A stretch of 63,584 bases of DNA, the filler included, from Perkinsus chesapeaki ATCC PRA-425 (lineage: Eukaryota > Protista > Perkinsozoa), in assembly GCA_013115145.1 (NCBI GenBank). It is 8 parts of 8 records of this genome, joined end to end, with 100 filler letters (N's around TTAATTAATTAA, not from the genome) between each part and the next. Parts side by side here need not be neighbours in the genome. Positions count along the whole stretch, not along the records: positions 25,494 to 38,976 come from JAAPAO010000782.1; positions 39,077 to 42,495 come from JAAPAO010001413.1; positions 42,596 to 44,255 come from JAAPAO010001839.1; positions 44,356 to 45,737 come from JAAPAO010001998.1; positions 45,838 to 58,022 come from JAAPAO010000821.1; 3 more parts are not named here. One strand, 5' to 3'. Position 1 is the first letter of the stretch; each line of letters starts with the position of its first letter. Positions 38,110 through 52,884 of this stretch are shown piece after piece. The notes under the pieces were generated by a model that was not told the DNA's origin, ran no database searches, and worked only from the letters and a program-made list of their open reading frames with translations. Made by a program: the position numbers and the translations under genes.

Positions 38110-38976
38110 GGGAGCGGAAATAACTCTACTATGACAACTATAGCTGAATATACACTATGATCCATAAAATAAGCGTACTCAATTCAGCTGGCCAATATTA
38201 CACAAAGGTTATTCAACCAGGGCGAGCGGGCGTTCCCCAGGCCGTTTCACCAGCACGCGTGCGCAGGGCGAACTCTAACACCTTCCTGACATCATACGTC
38301 TGTTTATAGATAGGAATGACTCATTCGCCATCCACTTTTTGTCCGGCCACAGTGTGAGCCACTTTGTTTACGGAAGGCTTTTTTGGTCAGTCTTGAGTTG
38401 ACCTTTGGCTAACATACTGTAGCGGCAAGACCTGCACGCATGCACAACCGTGGTGATCGAGCTTATGATGAGTTTAGCACTAGGCTGTAGGCCAGTTATA
38501 AGGGAGTGGAGTTGGGTTCCAGTTATTGTATTTCAACTTGCTCGAGGCTTTTGTAATGAGGCCGATGGTAAATGCTCCAGAGACGTTGCTTGGCCATGTA
38601 GTAGAGCAGTAGCTGTACTGTGTGACGCGATTGTGCAGCTTTGGATCTTACCATTGTCCAATTCTTAGGAAGTTTGGGAATGAAAGCATAAAAGGATACT
38701 ACCAACCTACCACACGTCATCCGGTTTCCCAAAGAATCAGATGTTAACGAAAGTGACACTGTGACATGACTTCTTGCGGCCTTTCGGCACGCTTCCGTCG
38801 TAACAGTGTACACGTGCAGTAGCGTGATCGATTATACAGTGGGCAACAAACGGAGGCCGGAGTATCAATTGTCCTCACGGTGTGTGCGATTAGAGTCGAC
38901 AATCAGGTTTAACTTTACTCGTATTCAAAATCGTTCCTTACTATAAATGCTCCACAACATGTTCCTTATATTGCTC

Positions 38977-39076
38977 NNNNNNNNNNNNNNNNNNNNNNNN
39001 NNNNNNNNNNNNNNNNNNNNTTAATTAATTAANNNNNNNNNNNNNNNNNNNNNNNNNNNNNNNNNNNNNNNNNNNN
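38977..39076. other. Artificial contig-joining linker
   Basis: N44-TTAATTAATTAA-N44. Confidence 0.99.
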
Positions 39077-42000
39077 CAGCAACAGCCAAGTTCTTAACGT
39101 ACTCGTGAGCTTTAACCAATAGGTCACTCGGAAGATGAGTGTCCCAGTCGAAGGCAGAGGCCATTCGCATCAACATGCGTCCGGCCATATCCCACTCTAT
39201 CATAAGACCAAGGGGATCATATAAGGCGTTCGTCACACTAAGCAACTCTCGCCTTGTGGAGGGCGTAGTTGTAGGGCACTTAAATGACACACCCATCGTA
39301 TCACGCTGGCCACCATGCCAGTGCACGCCTAAAATAGTCGCATGCTCTGGCTGTGTGCACCAAACCTCCTTAGAAATGGCAATGGGGAAACCGTCGGCCT
39401 CACATCTTCTCACCAACAGACGCTGCTGAGTATGTATCTGGTCACCATCCCTCACGATGAGGAGTAAGTCATCCATGTAGGGCAACACTTTACCAGCAAA
39501 CTCAGGCTCTGCAGCTAATCGACGAAGGACTTCTCTGACATTGGCAGTGAGCCAAGAGGGAGACATCCCCAACCCAAAGGGCAAAACACAAAACACATAA
39601 GAGGACCCTCCCCAGTATATACCAAGGAAGGGTTGGTCCTCCACCGACATCTGGATCCTCAGAAAGGCCTTAGACAGGTCTGTACTCACCCAGTGGTCAC
39701 TCTGTCGCCACTGAGTAAGAATATCAGTGATATGCATGAGGTCGCACTCGGTCTCACGGAGAAAGGGATCCAGACTCTGTCCATTGATGACTGGTCTAAT
39801 CGGAGTCGTAGCATGGCCTTCCCTCACCACCGGATGGTGGAAGAGGTAATGCCTCACTTCAGAGTCGTCCACCTTACGAATGAACCCACTCTTCAACCAA
39901 CCCTCGAACTGCTCGGTGTACTTGTCGACTAAGGCTTGCCCTCCCTTTTTCCTCAGGGAATGCTCAAGTCTCTGAGCCCGCTTAACGGCTGGGCCGAAGG
40001 ATCTAGGAGGACGAACCTCTCCCCTCCACTCGAGCTTGGCCATGCGTCCTTCATAGGACTTGTACTCGACCTTATCAATGGCCTTGCACTCAACCTCGGA
40101 CTCAGTACCATGAACGCACGCAGTCACCATTCTAGTAGAACTCTCCTCAGGACTCAAGGAAGCCAAGTAAGGGTCGGCCTCCATTAAACAAAGGGTAGAA
40201 CCAGAGCATGATCTCAGCTTACCTACACAGTAGCCGAAGGTCTCAAATAGGTCTCTACCAATTATAGCCCCAGGATGTTGAATATTCGGCATCAGGTAGA
40301 ACTGCACGGCCGTCCATCCAGAGGTACCATTGCGGATACTCTGTTCAATATTGCACTTCCAAACGGAGTCAACATAACGGACGCTACTCTCAGCTAGCTT
40401 GCAAGCAAATGGTTTAGCAAGCTTTTCTACCATACCAACACCTTTAGCCACATAATCATGGGCTAATTTAGTATCAACAAAACTTATAGAAGCTCCAGTG
40501 TCTAGCAAGCCTTGTAATATCACAGGCTCACTAGTTTTACTGAAAACTTTCACACAGGCATAGAGCAAACCTTTGCTAAGGTCCAACTTAGCAATAGATT
40601 GGGTCTCACAGTTTTCCCACTGCACTGCCGCAGCAGTTTGGCCATTAGCTGGCTGTGAGGAAGTGTCTCCTCCGCCGGCTTTATAGCCCACCGTAGTGGA
40701 AAACTCACCAACTGGTTGTGGGGGCTGTTCACGACCATTCTTCGCATTAGAGCCTGTCGCAGATTTAACCGAAGAAATCAGTTGCCAGGGTAGCCTGCAG
40801 ACTTCAGCCAGATGTCCTTTCAGGGAACAACGTTCACAAGCTAGTTTAGTTTTGTCCTTAGGGCATTGATTAGCTCTGTGGCTCTTATCGCCACAAGAGT
40901 AGCAACGGCCCTTGACAAAGTCCTGATTCTCATTGCGACAGCTCACTGCCGCATGTCCTACCACACCACATCTTGTACAAGAGGTAGAGACCGCTTTAAC
41001 TGATTCATCAGCATTAGAAAACTTGGACTTAACCTTCTTCTTACCACTTTTACGGTTACCACCAGTAGCTGCTGCACCACTAGATGGCTCATGGGGTTCC
41101 TTATCCACTGATTCAACAGCTTTAAGGTCCGCATGAGAATAACCACCAACTTTATCAGGTGTCGCCAAAGAGGAAGTAGTCATCTTATATTGTCGAACAA
41201 ACACATCATAAGATTCCTTGTCCAGAGGGTTCTTGAAGTATTCACCCACCCGAGTCACCAGCTGGTCGAAGGTAAGGTCTTTAGAGAACTCCTTGCGGAG
41301 GAACTGGACATCCACTCTAGGTAGACTACCATATAATCGAGCGGTACGAGTGGACTCAACCATCGTCTGTCCAGTTTCCAACTCCACGCTATAAATAAGG
41401 CCCTGAAGTCTCTGCAGATAATCTGGTAGAACTTCACTCGAACCTTTCTTGGCCGCTTGCAGCTTATCACTTTCGGTCTCCGGAGCGGATTCCGATCTGA
41501 AAAGCTCATCTAAGAGGCTCCATATAGTGTCAAGGAGCTCCACGTCATCAGCGGTCTTAAAGTTAGCGGGACCCAGTCTCCTCATAATAAGTTTACTCTG
41601 CTCAGCATCAAGGCAGTCCAACAAGTACAAGGAATGCACACGGGGAACCTCAATACATGTACGACTGAGGTTCTCTATAATTTCCCTTTGAACTGCATGC
41701 CATGAGCGTCGATCCTGAGCACCAGTGTAGCAACCCTCCTTGAGCTTCTTAACGTGACTGACCAATTTGTTAGCGCTCATCTTGACTCTGTTCTTGACGA
41801 AGGCCAACTGTATAGCAGATAACTGCTTGTCGTTATCAGCCTGCTCAATACCAGCAGGCCTATCACGTTGCCACTCAGGGGGTAATAACCAAAACGATTG
41901 TACATAATCATAGGTAGGTGCCACATAACCCATATTAAGCCTTATTTGGGCTTTTTTAGGGTTAGCCTGCACTACTGATCTCAGGCTAGTCGTAGTCAAA

Positions 42001-42495
42001 ACACCAGCCGATACAGCAGAAGATACGTCTTTACGCCTATGCACTGGAATTAGTTTTCCAGGAGGGCTTGCAGGACGATCTATACCAGACCTCGGAGAGG
42101 TACCATTAGACACCGTTGAAGGTATAGCTCCAATAGCTTCAAAGGTACCGTCAGGTCTTTTCATATATAATAATTGAGCATCAGATGTTGCACTAGGTGG
42201 CCTCGTAGTTTCCTTGCGGATAGTCTCACATAAGGGAACCTTTGGGTTTCTCCTCCCTCCACCATTTGAGTCAAGGGCTACCGATACATTAATAGGATCA
42301 TTATCATTCATGTAGCTGGTGAATAATGCATTCTCAGCTGGCATATTAGGTAACCTGTCTTGCCGGTTCATTCGAGGATTGTTGGGATTCGATCCTCTTT
42401 TAGCATATATAGCAGTCATATTTCCATCATTCTGAAATTTATCAGAAGGACGTATAGACCCTCCATGACCAACTGTACCACCAAAACCACCAAAA
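39077..42495 (-). mobile_element. BEL/Pao-type LTR retrotransposon, uninterrupted gag-PR-RT ORF, 3'-truncated by the contig end
   Basis: Single ORF from 42419: three CX2CX4HX4C knuckles, LLDTGASISF, YLFHHPVVREGHATTPIRPV, STDLSKAFLRI, LPFGLGMSP, YMDDLL, LGVHW, TRRELLSVTNALYDPLG. Confidence 0.9.
42457..42477 (-). promoter_or_regulatory. Putative LTR end and primer-binding site of the BEL/Pao element
   Basis: Minus strand reads ...TACA-GT-TGGTCATGGAGGGTC about 40 nt upstream of the gag ATG; priming tRNA not identified. Confidence 0.45.
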
Positions 42496-42595
42496 NNNNN
42501 NNNNNNNNNNNNNNNNNNNNNNNNNNNNNNNNNNNNNNNTTAATTAATTAANNNNNNNNNNNNNNNNNNNNNNNNNNNNNNNNNNNNNNNNNNNN
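42496..42595. other. Artificial contig-joining linker
   Basis: N44-TTAATTAATTAA-N44. Confidence 0.99.
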
Positions 42596-44255
42596 GGTAG
42601 GTTTCTGTCCACCGACAAGCTCATCACTCTGCAGTGCTTCTTCACTGACACCTCTCTCGCTACTCTGCAACTACAGTTCCTAGTGGTGGTTGGGTGTCAA
42701 CCCTCTTGTATCCTGGGAAGGAACCTCTTCTCTGATCTCGGTTTTCGTATGGTCAGTGACCATGGCATACCCATCAATGGTCTCGGCACCATATCTGCCA
42801 ATGGTCAAGGTGAGGTCAAGGACGACTCTGCTGATCATGAGGCTGGTCGCTGTGCTCGAAGTGTCGCCATTGGAGGACAACATTATCAACAATGTACACC
42901 TCTTATTGATGTCATTCCAGACCCTACCTCATCCGAGAGAAGGCTCCTCCAGGTTCGGTTCAGTGCCCTAGAGAATGCCATGGTAGAGCCCTTCCGGGAG
43001 GCCCCGCGTGGACGCGCGCCAGCTGATACTGCTATTATCTTCCGCCGCCTTGAGGATATGGCTCAGCTTGGTCAGGTCCAAAGGGTGCAACCGGAGGACT
43101 GCCCCATTGTCTGTGAAATCTGTCTCGTCGACAAGCTTGCCTCTACTGATGGTTCTCAGCGGCTCCTCAGGGACCCAAATGCTCCCGACATTCACCAGCG
43201 ATTCCGCGTCACTGTGGACTGTCGCCCGGTGAATCGTCTTCGTCTTGTGTACGATTCTCAGGGATGTTTCATTTATACTGCTGACCCTTGTCATAAGGTC
43301 AATGAAGTTGACAAGTCTAAGCTAACGAAGCAGTTCTTAACTACGGCTCTGCTGCAGATACAAGATATCCCTAAGGAACGTACCCTATCGTTTGGCCGAC
43401 TCGATCTTCAACATGCCTTCTATAGCTTGCATGTCACTCCCGGCCTTTCGAGGCTTTTTGCCGTTGCGGCAAAAGACCCATTGACACGAAAAGTTCAGCA
43501 TTATCGCTTTACAACTCTCGTGCAGGGCTGGAAGTACAGCAGTCTACTCTTTGGTCTCGGTACCTTGAAGATCGTCAATGAGTTCATCCAACCTGCTCTA
43601 GATAAACGACACATCAAGGTTACCGTCATCTGTTACCAGGACGACCTTCTCTTCTGTGGCCACAGTGATGCTGATATTATTGAGGCAATGGCCATGGCCA
43701 AGCAAATCCTCATAAACCTCAACTTCAACACCAATGATAAGAAGCAAGAAGGTCCCGTTCCTGTCATCGACTTCTGTGGTATGAGACTCTCATCGGTTGG
43801 CGTCACACCATCTCCATCGCGTACGATCCTCACCGAGGCTGCTGTGGACAATGCTCTCCAAGTCTTTGTCAAAGGGTTGCCATTTTACCCCAAGAACAAA
43901 AAGTCTAAACGGAAGCTTGAGTCCAGGCAATATCGTACTGCATGGTTAAGGAGTTGGACAGGCGTTGCCAACTACATGAGAGGTTGGCTTACACCACGGA
44001 TCCTAGCTGCTGCCGATATACTACAACTGGCTCTTAAGGACTTCGGTGACCCGGATATCAGTAGTGATGATTCTCGCCTTACTGCTCACATTGATAAGGT
44101 TCCCGATGCCTTTCGTGAAGTCATGGGCTACTACATATCTGGTGTTCCCTGCATGAGCCTCTATAGCGAGACTGACTCTAATCACATTGCTACCCTACTC
44201 ATCTCTGATGGTAACCAGCACGCTTGGAGCGGCTTTGTACTACGCGTTGTCGCGC
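42596..44255 (+). mobile_element. Gypsy-type pol fragment (PR end, RT, RNase H start), same broad family as 25494-30400
   Basis: FRVTVDCRPVNRL, RLDLQHAFYS, LVQGWKYSS, YQDDLLF, DFCGM, AWLRSWTGVANY, SDGNQHAWSGFV. Confidence 0.9.
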
Positions 44256-44355
44256 NNNNNNNNNNNNNNNNNNNNNNNNNNNNNNNNNNNNNNNNNNNNT
44301 TAATTAATTAANNNNNNNNNNNNNNNNNNNNNNNNNNNNNNNNNNNNNNNNNNNN
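44256..44355. other. Artificial contig-joining linker
   Basis: N44-TTAATTAATTAA-N44. Confidence 0.99.
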
Positions 44356-45737
44356 TTCATCTGGTATCACCATTCCTTGGAAGTTGCGGCGCTTATTACT
44401 TGGTGCTATTTTGCGTAGTACTCCTTTGTTCGCCTCTGATCATGAATTATCTTTCTGTAATCATGTCGAGAAGCTCGAGCAGAGTGATGATGGTTCGCCT
44501 GACAAGTTTCTGGCTGATGTGGTATCTCTCAGCCGTTCTGCAGGCTTTAGTAGTGTCGAGAAATTTCTTGGTATTTCTCCCGCTAAATCTGTCCGTCAAC
44601 TCCAATACTCTTCTGGCTCCTTCTTTCCAAACTCTGGAAAGAGGCGCCGTTCGTTTGACCGTGTACCCTTTGATGGTAAACGTCGTCGTGGTGTGTCTTA
44701 CTATTCCAACAGCGTGCGTGAAGCACCGAATGATCGTAAGGGTAATCAGCGTGACACCATACTCTCTGCTGATGCTCGGCCTAGTAGTGCCACTCCATCG
44801 CCATCTCAAGCGACTTCCAAGTCTGATGCTGTCCGTGATGAGCAGCAGAAGTCAGTAAAGAAGCCTATACAGTGCTATCGATGTGGTCAGGTTGGACATT
44901 ATGCATATAAATGTCCTCAAAAGCAAAGTAAGAGTGATTCTACTAGTGGCACTTTAGCCAATCTCACGCCCAACTCAGCTGTCTTTTTGCAGATAAGTCA
45001 GTCTCTGCTAACGAGTCGATATCAAGTCATCAGCGAGAAGCATCAGCTTGATCAGACTGTGACGGTCGCCTTAGATACAATGAGCTCTACTAACATTGTT
45101 TCATTGGCTCTAGTGAAGCGTTTGGGTTGTGACCTTCGGGATGATCCCACTCAATTGAAATCGCTGGGGAACAGCGAGGTCCCTGGGAAAGGGACAGATA
45201 TCCGTTTACTCGTGAAAAGTAAAGGAATTGTTAGCCTTTATTGCCTTGTGGTGGCAGAGAATGCCCTTGAGGGATCTTGCGGGTGTGAACTACTCGTAGG
45301 TTATAAAGATCTACCACGTTTAGGTGTATCAATAATTGTTCCATCCCCTGCCCCTGAAAAGGCGGCAGATTCTTTGGATGAGCAAATTGCTGTAGCCAAG
45401 CAGTATCTTTCCTCTAATGTCGGGAAATGGTTCCGCCTTGATGGCGCTCCTTCTTATAGAGCTCGCCTTCGCCCAACTAAGCCGACTGATAACCTCGATA
45501 CTCCTGAGCAGTGCTGGGTTTATGAGGTGGACTGGGATGAAAGTAATGACGAGAAGTCTACTGATGTTCCTGTCCATGATTATTCAGGGGGACTTATTGC
45601 AGGCCTTTCGGGCGATGTTCGCACCAAGTTTCGTGATGAAATTGATGCCTTCTGTAAGAAGAAATGGTGGTTTACTGGATTACGGCCTCATCACAAGGTG
45701 ATCCGTCCGGCGGCAGTTACCTTTCCGGTGCAGCAAG
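44356..45737 (+). mobile_element. LTR retrotransposon fragment (gag knuckle, protease, RT start), possibly BEL/Pao-like
   Basis: CYRCGQVGHYAYKC, VALDTMSSTNIV, ELLVG, then LRPHHKVIRP, which resembles the BEL/Pao YLPHHxVxR motif. Confidence 0.75.
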
Positions 45738-45837
45738 NNNNNNNNNNNNNNNNNNNNNNNNNNNNNNNNNNNNNNNNNNNNTTAATTAATTAANNNNNNN
45801 NNNNNNNNNNNNNNNNNNNNNNNNNNNNNNNNNNNNN
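45738..45837. other. Artificial contig-joining linker
   Basis: N44-TTAATTAATTAA-N44. Confidence 0.99.
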
Positions 45838-46196
45838 TTGATGATGATGTTAATGGTGCTATCCCTGACAATGTTATCCCTGACTCTCCAGATGGTTCAG
45901 ATTCCTTACACCATGGTGTTCTTGTGGTGGGGTATGGCAAACAAGGAGAAGACGAGTGAGAATATTAAAAAGTGAGTTGATTGTATTTGCATTGTATTAT
46001 ATCAGATATTGGATAATAAAGAATTCTTGGGGTCTAAAATGGGGACTTGACGGTTACGTCCTCATATCAACCAACACAACTGCGCACCCTGACGGTAAGC
46101 CTCTTTATCTAGTAAAGCTCTCAGTCCTTCGACCCCGTGCTCTCATTAGGTGCGTGTGGCATACTTAGTAGAGCAGCGTTCCCTATCATGAAATAG
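45838..46196 (+). CDS. Cathepsin L-like papain-family protease, 3' end (contig start)
   Basis: LHHGVLVVGYG, YWIIKNSWGLKWGLDGY, GACGILSRAAFPIMK*; two introns. Confidence 0.9.
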
Positions 46197-49100
46197 CTGG
46201 AATCCAGCTGCTGGATGCAGAATGCTAAGTCCACTACTGAAGTGTTGCCAATATTATTCCGTCTTGTTTTACGAATATGCTCGCTTTCATTTAGTCTAGG
46301 GGACCTTTCGAATCATCGTCGGCCTTCTCAGTGACCACTTTCTGCTGCTAACGGTCGTTTGGACCGCAGAGTCTCTTGCTCCAAAGAAAGTATGTTTGGT
46401 TGACCCAAAAAGTTCTGTACAAATAATTTACCATAACATGGTCTCCAACACTACACTATTTAAGCTTTGAAAGCAAACCGAATTTGAAAGCTCCACGGGG
46501 AGCGTGAGATATTCATTCACTGAAAATGTAAATTCAATTCGTGAATCTCCAAGAGGTTTCAATGAAAAAGTTAATTAATTTCCTGAAACCCACCCTAAAA
46601 TGGTGTAGAAGTGGTTGCACCACATTTCCGAGCACACCGCGCTCTCTGTAGGCACTGCCTACTGCTCACTAAGAGGTGTCGACTCTGAACAGTCTTAGGG
46701 CTCAGACAGACCAAAATATTGTGACAAGTAGATTGAATCCTCATGATGGGCTGCCCATCATGGGCAACCTCTGGATAACATGGCTCTTGTGTGTACGATA
46801 GGTAAGCGTGTGTAATCTTGTCCTATGTAGATCACAGTAGCGCAGAACCACCAATCTAGTATAGAAGCAAATATACGATAACCTTAGTGGCTTGCAGATG
46901 TAGGCGAGCTCCTGGAAGAGTAACGTGAAGGAATAGCATGCCGCTAGGCAGAGAAAAAGCTATACAATCCGAGAGCACGTGATGGTGCGGAAGAATCTTC
47001 CAGCCGTTTTAACAGCGACAGTTTGCTGTGCGAACTGTGCTAACACAACGGCACAGAATAAACCGAGAGGCAGAATGGTATATACGTAAATCATAACAAA
47101 ATAGCTCAGAGAATAGGGCCTGCATCAGCCTCGTTACTTTGTCTCCTTAATATCAATCTGTCACGAATATTGAAGAACCAATGGTTCTGAACCATCTTGT
47201 CGAAGGTAAAGCTACCCTGTACCGCACAGTCTGTGAGGTCTTCAACTTATACCCACGCCATCTTCGGGTGCAGAACTCGCGCGGCACAGTTCCTTCGGAA
47301 GAAACTGCGCAGACTTTTCTGTGGCTGAAACATACCTTCGAAGGTTTGCTTACATTACATGCGCCGACCAGATTGGCGCCGGACGCAACCAAGACAACAC
47401 TACCGGGACACGCCAACAAAAAACAAGCTTGCGATCTCGCAAGAATCACATACACAACAGCTAAGCTAAGCTGTCCCCAGATAATGAAAATAGTTAGTGA
47501 CTATCGAGGCTTTAGGCCATGCAAATAAACCCACTCCACCCGCAACCGAGATCCTAGGGAGGTTTGTTCACGGCAAGTGCGATTAGCCAACCACTTGTTA
47601 GCAACAAGACTACACAAGTTTAAGCTCTCGCACCATGTTGACTGAGATGTCCGCACTGGCCACCATAATATGGTCAGGAATCCATGATGGAAGTCGTCCA
47701 TCTTGGTCAACATACCGTTTACATGTCTTGGGTCCTCAGCCATGTATTTACACTGGCTGGAGTCCCCCCACGCCAAACCTGAGGATCGGAGGTTTCATGC
47801 GTCAGGAAATGACGATGGTGCAAGTTGTATCACAGATTCAACGTTTGATCAATCTGCCAGATTGATCACACGTTGGTTGTTTACCAGATTCGTGGGAATC
47901 GACTTGTGTCGGAAGCGTGTCAAATAAGTACTATGTAACACAATAGTTGTTCATACTAGGCCTTCTTGAAGAAGGGACGGAGCTCGGCGAATCATCAGCA
48001 AATTCTGTTGGATGGTCGCAAGTTCGATCCACAGGCCTCGCATTTTGCTGCGGCAAAGTGTTTTTTGGCCCCTTCAAGATACAATCAGAACCAACTTTTT
48101 GTCTTTTTTCTAGTATTCCCAGACTAAGAGCTATTCAATGGTGCACAGCACGTGATCATAACCCCTCTAGATCATCGAGCTGGATGATTTGTACGCACGC
48201 ACGTACAAAGTGCTACTAAAGTGAGCGTATAAGATCCGCTCGCTTTGCCCGCTCCCCAATAACATACAGGTCATCTATCGTGTTTTACATTGGAATATAG
48301 TTCTCCCTGTATCTCTCAAGTGCATTGCCATTGGAACAATGGCAACCTAAGAAAGCAGCGACCGTTCACATGCCACAAGACCTAAGATATAGGATGTAAC
48401 TCGACTTATAAATATAATAAATCCATAGATATACATATAATACCTATTATAATAGATTAAATTATACTTTATATTACATAATAATGTAGCACCGTATCAT
48501 TGAATATATTATTTATTATCTCAATGCGATGAAAAGGTCGATGTCAACTCCAGAGCTGCTAAATACCGGTGATACAAGCAGGAAAAGAGGCGTGAACTCG
48601 GTCCAGTATCAAGTCGTGCCTACACCGTTCCAGAGAACGCCGGATACTTTGCTGCAAACGGTGTGAAGCCGCTCCAGCGGAGCTTCTCGCAGCTCCAGTT
48701 GGGAGCGGGCGGCACTCCGGGAGTGCCACTCCCACCGTGGGAGGAAGATATTTACTCAACTACACTTGGCAAGCGTCACTTGCCACGTGGCGCGCCACGC
48801 CAAGAGATGAGGGAAAGGCGACTCGCACAAGAGGGATCCAAACTGCGGAGCACATGTGTTAAGTTAACCAGTTTCCCATGCAGCTATTCAGAATATAGCG
48901 GTTTCTGGAAGATGCTATACGAATCGTTCATGTGAGGCACTCAAAGATCGCAGCTGTCTGATTTGCAAGTTGTAAATTGCAACCGGTCCACGGCACAGTG
49001 TGCGGCGCATACCCTAGCGGCAGACCGCCACCGGCAATGCTGTCTAAACCTTGTCCATGTACTTTTGTTGATGACTTTGGAATCGCGAGAATTGCTGACG

Positions 49101-49377
49101 TCTCACGAACTTGCGGGTCCATCAACGGTCTCTGAGTCCCTTGTATCTTTCTTCACTCTCTGTCCCTTGAGGGTCAAGTCCCCCAGGACGCTACTCTTTG
49201 GAAAGCGCACAATCCACTCTGAAGGAGCGATTATCAGCGCCACGGTTGCATTGCTCGCCACCGAGGCGGTGGGCTTGCGTGCGGAATACCACCCAATAAA
49301 TTAAGGTGCCCGCTGCACTATATATTGTATCGGTAGCTCGGGCCTGTTTCATTCTTACCCATTTCCCCTCATCACTA

Positions 49378-50905
<1,528 letters not shown>

Positions 50906-50950
50906 CCGATTCAGCTGGGGAGGTGCGCTGGTCTGTTTGTTGGGCCGTCG

Positions 50951-50971
50951 ATAATCATTGCCAATGATTAT
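50951..50971. repeat. Perfect palindrome, 10-bp arms, 1-nt centre
   Basis: ataatcattg-c-caatgattat, 46 nt after the cathepsin stop. Confidence 0.8.
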
Positions 50972-52884
50972 TGATGGCATCAGTTGTACCCCGACTTTAG
51001 TATCTTATTCATTACACATGATGTTGGTCATCTGTACTGCAGCTGCTGTAGCTAGCAGATGCTGAATACCTCCTCGTTCAGCATTGTAAGAGTGAGTCAT
51101 TCACGACAAGCGACGGCAGCAGCAGCAGCCAGCGGCGGCATTATTCGAAGCTAACTATATGTATTTTTTTGTTACCAGACTCTGGGATCGCGCCGAACTA
51201 CCGCGTGGTCGGAGTCATAGGTTTCATTTTAGATGGCCGTTTTTTGACGTTCTCCTGAGAATATCTTATCGGTATTCAGAAGGTTCATCGGCCCTCCAAA
51301 CGCTCGCCGTTTCCATAAAGAACTATGTTTTGTTAATGTGAAGAGTTTTGTACACTCAGCGGATTGCACCGACAAAATTGCTACCGTAGAAATGTTAGGC
51401 GATATAACAGAGCGGAGGTATAATGCCTGGAGGTACACTAGCGTGAATAACGAGAGAAAATTTAAAAGAGTTGCTGCCCTTAAGCAGCAGAAGTACCGCG
51501 GGTGTAGTAAGACCATCGTGCCACAATCCGCGTACCGCGAGACCGGGAACTCACGAGGCTGAGATCGAGAAGTTCTACTCCCTGACTTGCAGCTCGGTCG
51601 CTGTCGCGGCAACAGTGTCGCCCGCCCGACCTCCGCCTATCCTCGTTTCCATTCTGGATGGAAACGTATTTCTATTATTCTCTATACTTTTCACTTGTCT
51701 GGAAGACGGCTCCCGAATCTTTCTGGGCAAACTTCTTGTGGCCATCCTCGCGGGTTTGGGCCGACATACGTTGAATCTTTTCGCGGTCCTCGGAGGACAC
51801 GCGAGTGGACCGGCCTATTGTGGAGGAACAAGAAAGTAACTTCGAAAGTATTGCGTGTCTTTCGGAAGTTATCTAATACACTGATGAGGTTCCGTGTGCG
51901 CGGAAAATTTCGCGCGCCGGTATCTTCGCATCTGAGCATGAAAAGGTTGATCGATTTACACAAGCTCTTTCGCTGTGTCACATAGCCAGTGAGCTCTAGT
52001 ACTGTGTTATGAAATTTTGCGGTCGTACACTCAATAGCAGACGAGAAATCATTGAAAAACAAAATATTCCATTTCGTTGGGGAGGGCTGTAGTAGTGCCA
52101 ATAGCACTGTGCAATTCAGCAGTGATATTGTTGACTTATGAGCAGTTCCATACTATGGACCTTATAGTGGAGAGAAATGGAAACATAATTTGCCGCTAGT
52201 GCCAAGCTAGTTACTTGACTACTACTCACGATTGAATTATATATTTCTTATCACTTGTATTTACGCACCACAGCATCTCTCAATCTGCCGCGAGTTCAAC
52301 TTCCATCGTAACATTACTCAACACAACGATTGCCATATCAATGAAATGATACGAATATTATGAAGCAGACGTCACCGCGGTGTATAACCGTAAACGGCTC
52401 TCCTCGGAGTGAAGCTCAGCGGACCCTTATTTTCACCGGGCAGCCCGAACCGGCAACTTATTGGTCGCTCAGCGAGCATATCTTCAACTTGACCTTGCTT
52501 CAACATTCCAATGTCGACCTAAAGATTCCAAGCACTAATGAAGCTAAGATTCACATAGTAGCTCACTCCATTAATTCTCCGGAGCTCCATTCCCGGTCGT
52601 ACGCCAGCATACAAGGCATCCGACTCTGGATCTACTTCGGCCACTAACGGTAAAGCATGCGCTGGGTAACTAAGAAAGCAGTATGGACGCGATGCCGAGT
52701 TAACAACCTCTACAAAGTTCTAACTATCTCACCGCAGCTAGTTCTCATTTTCAAACGTACGCTCCTCAAGCACGAGTAACACAACAGAATTCTCCGGCAC
52801 ATCGGGACATCTATTCGTTAAATAATACTTTCCCACTGAATACAATATATATCGCAATCGACGCAGTGACGATGTTTCCTATAA

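Noticed and set aside
42478-42495. ccaccaaaaccaccaaaa as a telomere-like repeat
   Set aside because: Only two units, at a contig end, and better explained as the end of the BEL element LTR.
46200-49300. Short ORFs between the cathepsin copies, and similarly at 36700-37430, 38200-38976 and 51200-52700
   Set aside because: No recognisable domains or consistent exon structure; cannot be supported as genes from sequence alone.
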